From Mizuhopecten yessoensis (Eukaryota): a stretch of 64,000 bases of DNA. The position numbers and the translations under genes were made by a program. The stretch lies in NCBI RefSeq assembly GCF_002113885.1, contig NW_018480077.1, positions 2,042,145-2,106,144 of the forward strand. The letters run 5' to 3'. Below are positions 23,001 through 35,620 of the stretch, one piece after another (within the stretch, counting starts at the first letter, position 1; every line of letters starts with the position of its first letter). Below the pieces are notes generated by a model. The model made no database searches, was not told where the DNA came from, and saw nothing but the letters and a program-made list of their open reading frames with translations.

Positions 23001-26000
23001 AGTTAAACCAAGTTAATTACACGAAGTCAGCTACACAAAGTAACGTACACCAAGGCAATACAACAACTCAATTACAAGTAAGTTACACCAACTCAATTAC
23101 AAGTCAGTTACACCAAATTAATTACACTAAGTCAGCTCCACAAAGTAACGTACACCAAGTCAATACAACAACTCAATTACAAGTCAGTTACACCAACTCA
23201 ATTACACTACCCAAGTCAGTTGTGCCAAGTTCATTACACAAAGTCAGTTATACAAACTCAGCGTTTGAGATACATTTGAACAAAACTGTAAACATTTTCT
23301 TTTATTTAGCTGCATTGAAAATCCTGTCACGTCATGTCGCGTCCCATCCTGTCACATCGCATCACGTCCTGTCACATCCATGGGCGGGAGCGTTAATGTC
23401 TTACAGCAATTAAAATCATTACTAAAAGTAACATCAAAACATCAATGAATCTTCGTGAGAGCTAATTACATGTACTAAAGAAGTAATCATTTTCTCTAAT
23501 CTTTGTATTCTATTTGATCCGTTGGATTTCTCACTATTTTCCTTCTTATAACTTTTATAGAAATATTCCAAATACTTCTGTACTGTTTAGAACATCTGTT
23601 TTTATGCCCCTGCCATAAAATGTGTGGGGGGGGGGGGCATATAGTGTTGCCCATGTCCGTCACGTCGCGTCACGTCCTGTCACATCCATGGGCGGAAGCG
23701 TTAATGTCTTACAGACATTTTCTAGTTTATATCAATGGATGCCTGTGGTTGTACATAATGGTATTGATATTACTTTCTCTATTATGTAATCTCTATGGGG
23801 GAAAAAAAATGAAAATAAGTAAATATGAGGAATTCCATATAGAAATTGATACAGCTGTAGTTGTAAGATACATGTACAATATCATTGTCTTCAGGAACTA
23901 TCTTGACTTAATGGTAGAACTACCCTGGTCCAAACACAGCAAGGACGCCCTTGACATTGCCCAAGCCCGGTGAGTTAAGATATTACAACCAGATCTTTAA
24001 AATACACCAAAGCTAAATGATTTATATATATGGACTTGATAGAGATAAATCTGATGGCTATGTTGGTAACATATTCTGTACATTATTATTAATCTTATTA
24101 TTTCACTGTTTAAGATTTATCCAAGTTTGGTGTAATTGTGGACTTTGCTAGAACCATAAATACAAATATAAAGATCAGCAGTGTACAACATATCTAGCAT
24201 CAGGATGCCCCTATTTTTTATTTTTTTTTATCTGTTGATATTATTCAATTAAAACTTAATTACTTATAAATTATACCTGGAAATAATAGAGAGGTACCAT
24301 GGCCATATATGCAGTTTATTATTGAATATTTAATGAATGACTGGTAATGTGTGAGAGTAATAATGTTTATGTATGATATATTTGCATTGTTATAAACTTG
24401 GAAAAAAAATACAAAATACAAAAAAATTATTCAATTAAAACATTAATTATCCTACTTTCTTCTTAAAATGATCATGATTTTGTAAAGCCTTATGTGTTCC
24501 CAATTTTCCAATACATATACAAAATCTTATATTTTTTCAAAGATAAATTGATTTGAAATATTCAGTTATTTCTGATAAAATGTTTTACAATGGTTTTTCA
24601 GGAAAGACATGGACGAAGACCACTATGGCATGGAGAAACCTAAAAAGAGAGTATTGGAGTATCTGGCAGTGCGCCAGCTTAAACAGACCCTCCGGGGGCC
24701 AATACTATGCTTTATAGGGCCCCCAGGAGTTGGGAAGACAAGTATTGGCAAATCTATAGCTCACACTTTAGGCAGAGAATTTTACAGGTAGGAAGTTTTC
24801 CTCAATTGATACCATAATGTTATAGCACACACTTTTCACAGGTAGGGAGTTCAAATGTCATCACGATAAATTTTAACAGGTAGGGAGCTTCCTCAAATGA
24901 CACCATAGTATGTCTCTAACACATACTACTGACAGAATTTTGCAGATATGGAGCTTTAAAGACCTGGACCACATTTATTCATCATGTTCCAAAAATTTGA
25001 ACATGTGTGACCAGAATTGTTCATTAGTCAAGGTACAAACAAAGTTGTCTGGTGTTGTATGCTGGCAAGTCTTGACTTGGACTTTTAAGGCCAGCATTCA
25101 CATCTGTATTGCTGTTAGACTTCATCCCTGAATATATTAAATTTAAAAGTAAACAAGCAAACGATTGTGCATGGACAAAAAAACACCTGGTGTAGTGATG
25201 GTAACAAAATTAAATTGTGCACATCTGGTAGTGTCAAAGTCGCCTTACTTAATTTGGCAAGAGAGAATTTCCCTTCAGCTCAGCAGTAGAGCATCTGACT
25301 GGAAAGAATTGGGTTGCTGGCTTGATCCCTAGCAAAAGCACAAATTCTTTTCACTGTTTTCTTCCTATTATAGATTGATGCTATTGCCACTCCCCATTCA
25401 AATTAGTGAAGAACCCTTGGTGGGAAGTTTATGACTCAGGGTGTGTGGGGAGTATTGTAAAGGATGTGTATTGTACATAGAGTCAAAAGCTTTAGCAAGT
25501 GGGAATTTCCATTTAGCTCAGTGGTAGAGTGCTAAACTAGAAGCTTAGAGTCACTGATTCAGTCCCTAGTGAAACCACAAACTCTTTTCACTACTTCCTT
25601 TTACAGGGTTACTTGTTTTAGATCTAAAGTTTTGAATAGTTCCGTGCCTATCAGCATTATTAGGTCACCTGAGCTTTACTCAAGTGACCTATTCCAATCG
25701 CTTTTCGTCCGTCGTCGTCCGTCGTGCGTCGTGCGTAAACTTTTACATTTTCAACTTCTTCTCAAGAACCAGTGGATGGATTTTTTTCAAACTTGGTCAG
25801 AATCATCCTTGGTAGATGAGGCTTCAAAATTGTAAAATTGGGATTCCTACCCCAACCCCTGGGGCCAGGGCGGGGCCCCAAAGGGAAAATTATCCAATAT
25901 TTCAAAAATCTTCTTCTCCAGACTCAGAGGTACTACAGTGATTTTCTCTACGTGGAAAGAAAGATCATCAGGGGCTTTACTTAAATTGTAAATTTCAGGA

Positions 26001-29000
26001 CCCCCGAGCTATCCGTTCTCCCTTGGGGAGGGGGTAAAGTTTACTATAGTTTATATAGGGAAATAACACTTTTGGGTATATTTTGACAACTTTCTGTAGG
26101 AAATTATTTTTACTTGGTGAGAATTATCCTTGGAGGTAGATGGTTTCAAATTGTAAAATTGAGATTCCTACCCCGACCCCTGGGGCCAGGGCGGGGCCCC
26201 AAAGGGAAAATTAATCAATATTTCAAAAATCTTCTTCTCCAGACTCAGAGGTACTACAGTGATTTTCTTTACGTGGAAAGAAAGATCATCAGGGGCTTTA
26301 TTTAAATTGAAAATATCAGGACCCCGAGCTATCCGTTCTCCCTTGGGGAGGGGTTAACGTTTAATATAGTTTATATAGGGAAATAACACTTTTCGGTATA
26401 TATTTTATCCATTTTCAGCAGAAAATTGCTCAAACTTAGTCAGAATCATCTTGGGTAAATGAGAGTTTTACTTTGTAAAATTAGGATTCCTGCCCCATCC
26501 CCAGGGGCTAGGGCGGGGCCCCAAAGGGAACATTTACCAATATTTTCAAATTCTTATCCATTGATGACATGACAAGTATTGTATTTCACTTAGTTTACAT
26601 GCTGATTTCCACATCACATCTAAACAATAAAATAAAGCTACCAGTATCTATGATATAACTCAGGTGACCGCTAAGGCCCTTGGGCCTCTTGTTTGATATG
26701 TTATTATGAGAAAAACATCTTGATGTATAGATTTCATTATAGCCACATCTTTACCTGCGTATATTGATTTAATTTTAGAATTTCACTGGGAGGTGTTTGT
26801 GATCAGTCAGATATCCGTGGACACCGACGCACATACATTGGCTCAATGCCAGGAAGGATACTACAGGGATTGAAATTGGTCGGGACAAATAATCCAGTAT
26901 TTCTGTTGGATGAAGTTGATAAACTTGTAAGTTTTCCTTTAATTACTGTATAATGTGTCTTAAGAGTTTTGTGAATTTTTGTTGTTGGTGTAATTAGGAA
27001 TCATATGCTTTTAGTCCTTGTACTGGTATATTTTGTAAATACTGTAAAATGATTTCCCCACCATTTAACTTTTCACCTTTTTTATCCTCCATAATGAGCG
27101 TGAATTTATCATGACACATATTCAGTTTCTTTATTTTGAAGATAGCCTTGACCTTTTCCCCCTCATTTTTCACAATTTTAATTAGAATTCTTGCAACTTT
27201 CTCACATCTCAATTCATTGCATGGAACATCTCCAAGAACTCAGGTATTTTGCATTGTTATTTGGTCATAGGGTGGAGGGGGTGTCATTGTTTTCTTTAGA
27301 TAGTTTTAGATTTGCCATTTGGCTTGTCCCTCATTGGAAATTTGAAAGGTAAGCATGTATATTTTGTAATACATTTGTGTGTTTAAGGGGAAGTCACTCC
27401 ATGGTGATCCCGCCGCAGCCCTACTAGAGGTTCTGGACCCTGCACAGAATGATTCATTTACTGACCAGTATCCTTCGTGTTTGACTGAACGGATATTCTG
27501 GTTAATATCGTAACCTTGACCACCTGACCAGACAAACACTTGATCCTCAGGTGACCACTGTACTGTTAAGTTCATCATTTCCAACTATACAGTTACCCTG
27601 ACAACTGTACAGTGTACATGACAACTGTACAGTTACCCTGACAACTGTACTGTGTACATGACAACTGTACAGTTACCCTGACAACTGTACTGTGTATATG
27701 ACAACTGTACATCTTGACTACTGTACTGTAACCACTAAAAACAGTACTGTTACCCTAATAATTGTACTGTTCAGATCACTTAACTGTAATCCCTGACAAC
27801 TATACTGTTATCCTACCAATGTCCTGTTAACATAACAACTGTATTGTTAACCTGACAAATGTAGTATTACCCTAACACTTAACAGTACTGTTGTGTTATC
27901 CAACAACTGTACTGTTTCCTTGACAACTGTACTGTTCCCAGATAACTCTAAAATTAACATAATATCTGCCATGTTACCCTGGCAACTGTAGTATTTCTGT
28001 GATCACTGTACTGTTAACCTGACAAGTGCACTGTTATTCCTGACAACCAGACTTTAACCCGATCACTGTTAATACATACATAATATGATTATGTATTACT
28101 ACCTGTTACTCTGACAACACAACTTATCTACTGACCATTGTCATCAGCTCCTCGGATGACCATTGGCACTGTACCATTGCTTTGAACATTTTACCTTGAC
28201 CTCTGCCCTAGCTACCTGAATGTACCGTTTGACCTGTCCCAGGTGTTGTTTATTGCCACAGCCAACAACATGGCTACTATTCCTCCAGCCCTACTGGACA
28301 GGATGGAGCTGATCCAGATTCCCGGATACACCCAGGAGGAGAAAGTCAACATTGCTGACCGCCACCTCATACCCAAACAGCTGAAGGAGCACGGACTGAC
28401 CGCCGAACAGATCCAGATACCCACAGATACTGTACAGCTCATTGGTAAATATCACACACAGGGACTCACAAAACTACACTATAAAGCTATTTACTATCAT
28501 GGCTGTTCACAAATTACCAACGAACTCTTACAGAAATCTTACCTACTGGACTGAATACTGGTTAATATTACATTATACATACTGTAAAAAATGAAATTTC
28601 TTGCACGGTTCACATTTAACTCTTGAAACTGTTTCCAGTGTGGAAATTTTAACTCTGGCAATGGGTTTGAAATCTATATACATGTATCTATAATCTATGT
28701 TATCTTTAAATATCTAGTGTGTGTGGATATTTTTGCAACATGAATACGTGAGCATTTCCACATTGCAAAAATGTCCACTTTTACAGTATCCAATTCTAAG
28801 GAAATAGACTTTTTTCTACAGGTTCTAAAATTATGTTCATGATGTATATGGTATAACAACAGAGAATACTTCTTAATACATATTAGTTCAACGAGTTAAA
28901 CATGACCCCTGAAGCCTCCATCGGAATGATTTTTCTTGCAAATTAAGGCAAAAGCTAATCATGAGGGAAAATACTGTGATTTAAATTGTACAGTACACAA

Positions 29001-32000
29001 CAGGATATTGAACTGGAACCTTTTCTGTCATCTCTAACCTTAGTAGCTTTGTGAATGTGTATTGAACCATAACTCTGTAGCGTTAAAAGCAAAGTTTAAC
29101 GGGATATTGAACTATTATTCTTGTAGCTTCTAAATACACTCGGGAGGCTGGTGTGAGGAACCTGGAGCGTAAGATAGGGGGCGTGTGCCGTGCTGTGGCG
29201 GTCAGGGTAGCCGAGGCCTCACCAAAATCCAAGGGAGATAAGCCTGCACCTGAGGTGGACAAGAAGCAGATAGATAATGAAAGCGTGTCGGAGTCGATGT
29301 CTCAGGAAGCCTCCACTCTGGCACACCCTCCAGAGATGCCCTTTGTAATAGATGAGGTTGCACTGGAGGACATACTGGGGGTAAATAGATTTTCTATAGT
29401 AGTTACTGTCCACCCAGATCTACTTTATGGACAGTAGTGAGCCTTGAGGATGTAATTCAACAACAAAAGTCAATGTGGTGTATAAGGTAATGGTACTTGA
29501 GTTTGAAAAGTAGTGTGATCTGTGGTTATAGGCATGAGCTCATCAGTACTGTGGGGCTGGTGGTTTATAAACCAGAGCTCATAAAACATTTCTTCAAATA
29601 ATGTTATCAGAATGATGTTTTCAAAGTCTGTTAAACATAACCAGAATTTAAGTCTTAATACAAAGACTGTTAGTTGTACTCCCCAACCTCCCAGATTTCT
29701 CCTTCACTCAAATGGCAGTATCTACACTTCCCCTAAAATAACTCTATCAGACAAAGAGCTTGGGTCATACAACACCCTAAATAGACCTTCCACTTCAAAG
29801 TTTGGGAGTGAAATTTATTAAAGTGCTAAGCTTGTTTTCCTATCCCTCTGAAATTGTGTCCCCCTTTAGGGTCCCCTGAGACAAAGAACAGTGGTTATAC
29901 CTCCCCTGAAGAAGCTGTCTGATGAGAGCAGACAAGGACACCCTCCTCCCACCCCTCAACACACAATCTTGATAGAATCTGTCTAACTTATGCTTCTTTC
30001 TATTACTAGCCCCCTCAGTTTGAAAGTGAGGTTTCCCAGCGACTGAGCCAGCCAGGCGTGGCGGTTGGTATGGCCTGGACACCAATGGGTGGGGAAATTC
30101 TGTTCGTGGAGGCTACCCGTATGGACGGGGAAGGTAAACTCATACTTACGGGTCAGCTGGGCGATGTCATGAAGGAGTCTGCCAACCTCGCCCTCAACTG
30201 GGTTAGGAGCAATGCTCACAAGGTAGGACATTGATATAAATAATAGAAATGTAACCAATGTTTTGTTTTCTAGTTGTGTATAAATGTTGATTAGATTCTT
30301 TCACTTACCGATAGGTAACCTCTTCTGATAAATTCGATTTGCTCAGATTTATAGTTAATGTTTCTTATATTCTATTAGATGTTTTGGCATTAAGTTTGGA
30401 TTAGACAATAATTGAAAAATTAAGTACTACTGAGTATTTTTTCAGACTTGATTTGAGTATACTGTAGCTGGTGCGTTCCATTAATATATATTTAAATCCA
30501 GAGAAGTATAAATTTGAAGAAAAATCATGAAAATACATCTTCACAAAAATTCATGCCTTGAAATTGCTATAGGAGTGTCACATACATTTGTTTGTAAAAC
30601 ATATCATGGGATCAAAATGTATTCAGTTCAGTAAATTTGAATCTGATTTAATCAGTTACCACAGTTCAGTAAATTTGAATCTGATTTAAACAGTTACCAC
30701 AGTTGAGTAAATTTGAATCTGATTTATACAGTAGCCACAGTTCAGTAAGTTTGAATCTGATTTAAACAGTTACCACAGTACAGTAAATTTGAATCTGATT
30801 TAAACAGTTACCACAGTTCAGTAAATTTGAATCTGATTCAAACAGTAGCCACAGTTCAGTAAATTTGAATCTGATTTAAACAGTAGCCACAGTTCAGTAA
30901 ATTTGAATCTGTTTAAACAGTTACCACACATTGACCTGGTGTGCTTAGATGACTGCAAATCAGTAAGTCATGTAATTACCTATTTTACAGCTCGGCTTGA
31001 GTGGGATTCTGAGCAATGCCAGTAAGAAAGACACACACATTCACTTCCCTGCAGGAGCGGTTGGGAAGGACGGCCCCTCCGCTGGAGTTACCGTCGTAAC
31101 CGTCTTGGTTTCCCTGCTTAGCAAGCAGTGTGTGAGGTCAGACACTGCCATGACAGGGGAGATCACTCTAAGAGGCCTTGTACTGCCAGTAAGTCAAATT
31201 GTACCTAACATTGTGATAGGTAAAAGCTCAATATAAACATATCCAACAACTGCATGTTTCAAATTCATAAACTTTCTGTCACCAGTGTTCATGGCAGGCA
31301 AGATAAATCATATACAGATATTTAAAGTCCAGACTCCTGATATTAATAAAAGTTGCTAAATATTCTTTCAACCAATGAGCTTTCTCCCAAATTTTGAAAT
31401 GAACATGTGTCTATCCTTACTCTACTAGTTTGATATGTATTGTCAGATTGAAATAGTTTCTATACCTGTTTTAGGTTGGAGGTATTAAAGAGAAGGTACT
31501 GGCTGCTCACAGAGCAGGACTCCGCAGAATCATTCTCCCCAAACGTAACGAGAAGGACCTGCTGGAGATTCCTAATAATGTCAGGGTAAGTAAAACATGG
31601 CAAAGGGACTGCTGGAATTAAAGTACGTTCTTCAAAGGTAAGTTGTCATTATGGGCAGGTCTGCGGAAATAAACCTACAACAACTGCTAGTTACGAAAGA
31701 CAAGTCGTAGCTATATTGACAGGTGGAAGCTGTTTACGATTGGTAGATATTCCTTCTTTTCGTATAGCAGAGTTATCTGCTCTTGTGAGCAGGTATTGAT
31801 TGTTACGTCATATATTAGTGAGAGTAACGTCATCAATTTTTGAGAAAACGACGTAATTTTCTCACAAACCAATAACGTAACAATCAATACCTGCTCACAA
31901 GAGAAGATTACTCTGCAATACGCAAAGACCGAATATATTGCCAGGTGGTTATCGACAGGTGGTCATCATGAAAAGTAAGTAGCTATAGACAGTTGGCAGG

Positions 32001-32403
32001 TATAGACTGGTACTAGATATATACTGGGGTTGTTATGGACAGGTCGACATGAAAATCTACGGTAGGTCGGGATACCTGAGCACGCATACATGTCTGTATA
32101 GTTAAAGACAGGTGTTCTTCAAGTCAGGTAAAACTGTATTGTAGATTATTGAACAAATTATTATTTGAATGTAGTTTTGAAAATTTTCGCAATGCACATG
32201 TTCCTGGTAATAGGCTATGAACAACATATCAGTAGCGGCCTGTCGATTCTCAGTTTAATTCTGTATAACTCGTACATTATCTGTGATTACAGAACGACCT
32301 GGCCATAGTTTTGGTGACTCGTTTGGAGGATGTGTTGAATGCAGCCTTTGATGATGGCTTTCCTTCAGTGGTCAGTGAGCACTCGGTGCCAAGCAAGTTA
32401 TAA
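17084..32403 (+). CDS. LONP2: Peroxisomal Lon protease homolog 2 (17 exons, about 849 aa)
   Basis: Phase-consistent GT-AG exons: 17084-17190, 19798-19888, 20554-20749, 21029-21150, 21551-21703, 21913-22085, 22647-22745, 23895-23969, 24602-24787, 26779-26926, 27388-27467, 28212-28444, 29127-29380, 30010-30222, 30991-31188, 31475-31585, 32293-32403 (2550 nt). N-terminus [18 protein letters not shown], Walker [10 protein letters not shown], Walker B FLLDEVDK, catalytic KDGPSAG and VGGIKEK, C-terminal PTS1 SKL*. Confidence 0.97.
17905..18373 (+). mobile_element. SINE-like element (Meta-domain-like core) in LONP2 intron 1
   Basis: Degenerate tRNA-like GTTGAGCGTTCGCC..GGGTTC, core AAAAATGGTAGTT..CTGCTT..GCTCAGCA and GTAGCACTATAAA, 3' tail GCTGTTGATAGGACGTTAAAC(AAACC)n. 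The same tail occurs in reverse at about 61246-61300. Confidence 0.6.
19241..19329. mobile_element. TTAA-flanked MITE of about 90 bp (piggyBac-like ends)
   Basis: TTAAACCTTTCACC...GGTGAAAGGGTTAA; same family at 33522-33610 and 56839-56924. Confidence 0.7.
19907..19996. mobile_element. TTAA-flanked MITE, related family
   Basis: TTAACTCGTTCACCCCT...AGGGGTGAATGAGTTAA. Confidence 0.65.
20312..20497. mobile_element. Tc1/mariner-type MITE
   Basis: TIRs AGTAAAACCTGTCTAATCTGACCC / GGGGTGTCAGATTAGACAGGTCTCACTGTA. Confidence 0.55.
22757..23262. repeat. Degenerate tandem repeat (AGTTACACCAA / TCAATTACA units)
   Basis: Repeated AAGTCAGTTACACCAA..TCAATTAC and AAGTAACGTACACCAAG. Confidence 0.85.
25268..25595 (+). 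mobile_element. Two degenerate tRNA-derived SINE heads
   Basis: AGCTCAGCAGTAGAGCAT..TTGATCCC (about 25275-25333) and TAGCTCAGTGGTAGAGTG..TTCAGTCCC (about 25513-25570); A/B-box-like motifs, no intact cloverleaf. Confidence 0.5.
25657..26693 (+). mobile_element. Helentron-associated non-autonomous element (HINE/DINE-1/pearl-like)
   Basis: 5' subTIR GGTCACCTGAG with adjacent inverted copy CTCAAGTGACC, (CGTC)n microsatellite, about 2.5 internal repeats of about 320 bp, 3' subTIR CTCAGGTGACC, palindrome AGGCCCTTGGGCCT, ends CTTGTT. Confidence 0.85.
27468..28211 (+). other. U12-type (minor spliceosome) GT-AG intron 11 of LONP2
   Basis: Donor GTATCCTTC; branch-like TTTTACCTTGAC just upstream of the AG; splicing restores [11 protein letters not shown]. 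Confidence 0.9.
27582..28130. repeat. Degenerate tandem repeat of about 20 bp
   Basis: Unit GACAACTGTAC(T/A)GTTACCCT and variants. Confidence 0.85.
30624..30928. repeat. Tandem repeat, 38-bp unit, about 8 copies
   Basis: Unit CAGTTCAGTAAATTTGAATCTGATTTAAACAGTTACCA. Confidence 0.95.
31750..31935. mobile_element. Foldback MITE-like element
   Basis: GCAGAGTTATCT.CTCTTGTGAGCAGGTATTGATTGTTACGT versus ACGTAACAATCAATACCTGCTCACAAGAGAAGATTACTCTGC. Confidence 0.7.
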
Positions 32404-32454
32404 CCCCGCCAGGGCTGACCGGGGGTCAATGATTCTAGTGGTGCCAAAAACTGA

Positions 32455-32760
32455 TGTCAGGCTAATGTTGTTAACAGAATATTATGTTTCTACCTATGAC
32501 GACAGACTTATGATGTAAACAGAATATTGTGTTTCTACCTATGAGGACAGACTAATGATGTAAACAGAATATTGTGTTTCTACCTATGACGACAGACTTA
32601 TGTTGTTAACAGAATATTATGTTTCTACCTATGACGACAGACTTATGATGTAAACAGAATATTGTGTTTCTACCTATGACGACAGACTTCTGATGTAAAC
32701 AGAATATTATGTTTCTACCATTGACGACAGACTTATGATGTAAACAGAATATTGTGTTTC
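32455..32760. repeat. Tandem repeat, 45-bp unit, about 6.5 copies, just downstream of the LONP2 stop
   Basis: Unit GACAGACTTATGATGTAAACAGAATATTGTGTTTCTACCTATGAC. Confidence 0.95.
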
Positions 32761-33521
32761 GTCTTATTCCCAATGAAGTGATATTTATGTGATAATTCTG
32801 GTGTGGTTGAATTTTGACATGTATCCCCTTGTCAAGTATTCACCTAGTACAAGTGTACTTGAAACAAGGGTTGGTCACAGGCACCAAATGTAATAGGAGC
32901 AGAAAAATGCACGGGATTCGAACAAGGGACCCTCCGACCCAGTCCAGTTACAGATAAAAGTTACTTTGATGTGTAAGCCATGATTTTGCTTCCAGAGTGT
33001 TTAACAAGAATGCACATCAAAAATTTATTCTGATTGCGAGATAGACTTTGTAATGGACTCTAGGACAGGTATTTGCGATATAATTGATATTTGTTTGGGG
33101 GTTGTGTGATTGTTACTACCACAGAAGTGCTTTCATTTTATTAATTTGCTATCATACAGGCACAGGTGTTAATTAATCATATTTTAAATACTGTCATTTG
33201 TTATAACTTGATCCATTTTAATTATTTTCATAAATGTATGTACATATTAAAATGTAATCTTGTCACTTTCATCTAGCTGCCATTTGTCATACTATTGAAG
33301 TGGGAATTTTAACGTTTCAAAGACTCTTCAAAGGATAAATGGTTGGGAAACTTCCATTTTAGCATATTGTGATGGTTTTCAAGCATGTGATTTTTTTCGA
33401 AAAATGTCCACTTTACAGTAATGACTCTGTTAGCATTAAATGGTGGCTGCTTCTTATGAAAGGCTGTTGGTGTCCAAAAAAAAGATAAAGAGACATGATC
33501 ACATTAAAATGTGTTCATTAC

Positions 33522-33610
33522 TTAACCTTTCATCACTGTAGACCATAATGGACTCATCCATATCAACTCATGGTAGAGTCTTCTAAAGTTAAATAGGGTG
33601 AAAGGGTTAA
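33522..33610. mobile_element. TTAA-flanked MITE (reverse copy of 19241-19329)
   Basis: TTAACCTTTCATCACTGTAGACCAT...GGGTGAAAGGGTTAA. Confidence 0.7.
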
Positions 33611-34604
33611 GTGCTAACATTTCAAAGAAGTACCATGATACTGTTTTATGAGGAGAAACCTCTTTTGTCATTGGTACCGCTCAGTTTCAGAAGCCAGTAT
33701 TTTGAACATTTATATAATCAGATATGTGCAGCAAACCATCATAGTATCATGTTAGTAATCATTTTATCAAATTTAAATTATCCCATTAAATTGAGTTAAG
33801 ATAACATTAAACGACAAGGTAATATGTTTAAGCGCAATACTGTGATTTGGTTTCATTTCTATTCAAGTGGATTTATTGCCAACAGGACTGTACAGAAATA
33901 TGTGTTGATAAGTATAATTAGGTCTTGATGGGGTGTATGGTTTAACCTGAGTACAGCATTCGTGATCTTTCAACTGATAATTTGTCTTCTAGAAATTTTT
34001 GTCTCCTAAATTGATATATGTTATATTCAAAGTATGATCTTGGCCTATTTGTTCTGATTGACTCCATACAAAATTTTGACATTTAAAAAGAAATGTATTT
34101 GTTTTGGGGGTAACTTCTTTTTTTAACACGTAAATCATAATTATACAGTACAGATAAAAGTAATTCTGTATAATGTAAAAACCATTGTTTGACAGATACT
34201 TTAAACAATAGGGTTGACTGTATCAAAATGAAATTGTAAAATTCTCAATCAATGTTTATTGTTTTACAAGATGAAATGTAATCAAAATCCCAGGATGTAA
34301 TAAAATTAAAAATAACGAATCTCTGTTTCTCTTTTTCAAATCATCAAAAGTGTCCGACAACTGCGACTCGGATTCGATTGGGTCAATTTTAGCATTGTCC
34401 ATGTCACTGTAATGTACGTTATACATAGTATGGATAGTCTACCACTGGTACTGCCAGAGAAGCACAAGATTCGTACTCGTATGTCAGAACATCACATTAA
34501 CCTGGGCATATCGCATATACTGTCATGTACAATTACAAATTTTGCATTCCAGTTATACTGAATATGTCTGACATAACCTAAAAAATAAAACTTGTCAGTC
34601 ATCT

Positions 34605-34935
34605 TGTTTTTTCCCCTGATCAGTATTCAAAGGAAACATATACAACCTGGGAAACCTGCATATCAAATTTCAGAAAGGTCTGCCAATTAATTACTCTTTG
34701 AGATATAGTGATAATCTAAAATTCTCAAAATCCAAGATGGCTGTCTGCTGGCTGCAATCTAATTTTTCCGATCAGTCTCATAATGAATCGATCACAACTA
34801 TGTCCCAAAAGGGAACTTTCAGTACTTTTTGAGATACAGCCATTAGCGATAACAAGAATAATTTAAAGATGGACAGACCACGGAAAAAGGGCAATTTGAT
34901 CAGCCAACCATCTAATGATGGTGGGCTAAAAAAAA
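34605..34935 (-). mobile_element. Degenerate HINE-like element related to 35621-36518
   Basis: Shares AAAATCCAAGATGGCTG, CCGATCAGTCTCA and GCGATAACAAGAA; terminal inverted pair AGCC.ACCATC..GATGGTGGGCT. Confidence 0.55.
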
Positions 34936-35620
34936 CTTAAAACAGCAGTGTGCAAAATAAAACCTGTTTACAGAACCTACATATTATATTTCCCCATGCA
35001 CTCTGCCTTGGGTCGGGCACACAGTCCACGGATCCCTGTCCCACTACACTGTAATTTTTTCGTATTACCGCTAACCACCTTTTAACTTCCGTTTAGATAA
35101 AACTGCAGCACAGTTCGGCCAGACAGCTCAACTCGTTAGAGCGATAGTATAACAATCTGATGTCCAGTGTTCAAATCAAGGGATTGGCAGTGACAGTACC
35201 AAAATCGAGTCACCGAACCATCATTTTATTAATTCATTACAAAAACTGAGGAAGATTTATATTCATTTATGGTTGTATCAAAGGAAGAATATCAATGGGT
35301 GTTTTTCAAACGAAATTAGCACCTGGGGCTCACTTTGGATGTTTAAAGAACGCTCTGAAGTCACCAATCAGTGTCCGGTTTTTGTGAATGTCGGGACCCA
35401 AATCGGATCAAGGCTCAAATTTCACAGTATCTTGCACTTAAAATGAATATTGTTTTGTCAGCATATTAACATTTTGTGATGACCTTTAGAATTGATATGA
35501 CAAAAAGTATTTCTATAGTGTTCATTTATTCCTATTATCCAAAACAGAATGCAAAGTCGTCGCACACATAAAAACATTGACATTTGGCTTTGAATTACGT
35601 TTTCTGGTGCTATTTGAACT

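Noticed and set aside
25268-25595. Possible tRNA genes (also about 35115-35185, 41620-41690, 49255-49325)
   Set aside because: Only A/B-box remnants without a pairable cloverleaf; better explained as SINE heads
24609-31236. Bacterial or mitochondrial Lon, or horizontal transfer
   Set aside because: Spliceosomal introns, a LONP2-type N-terminus and C-terminal SKL identify the ordinary peroxisomal paralogue
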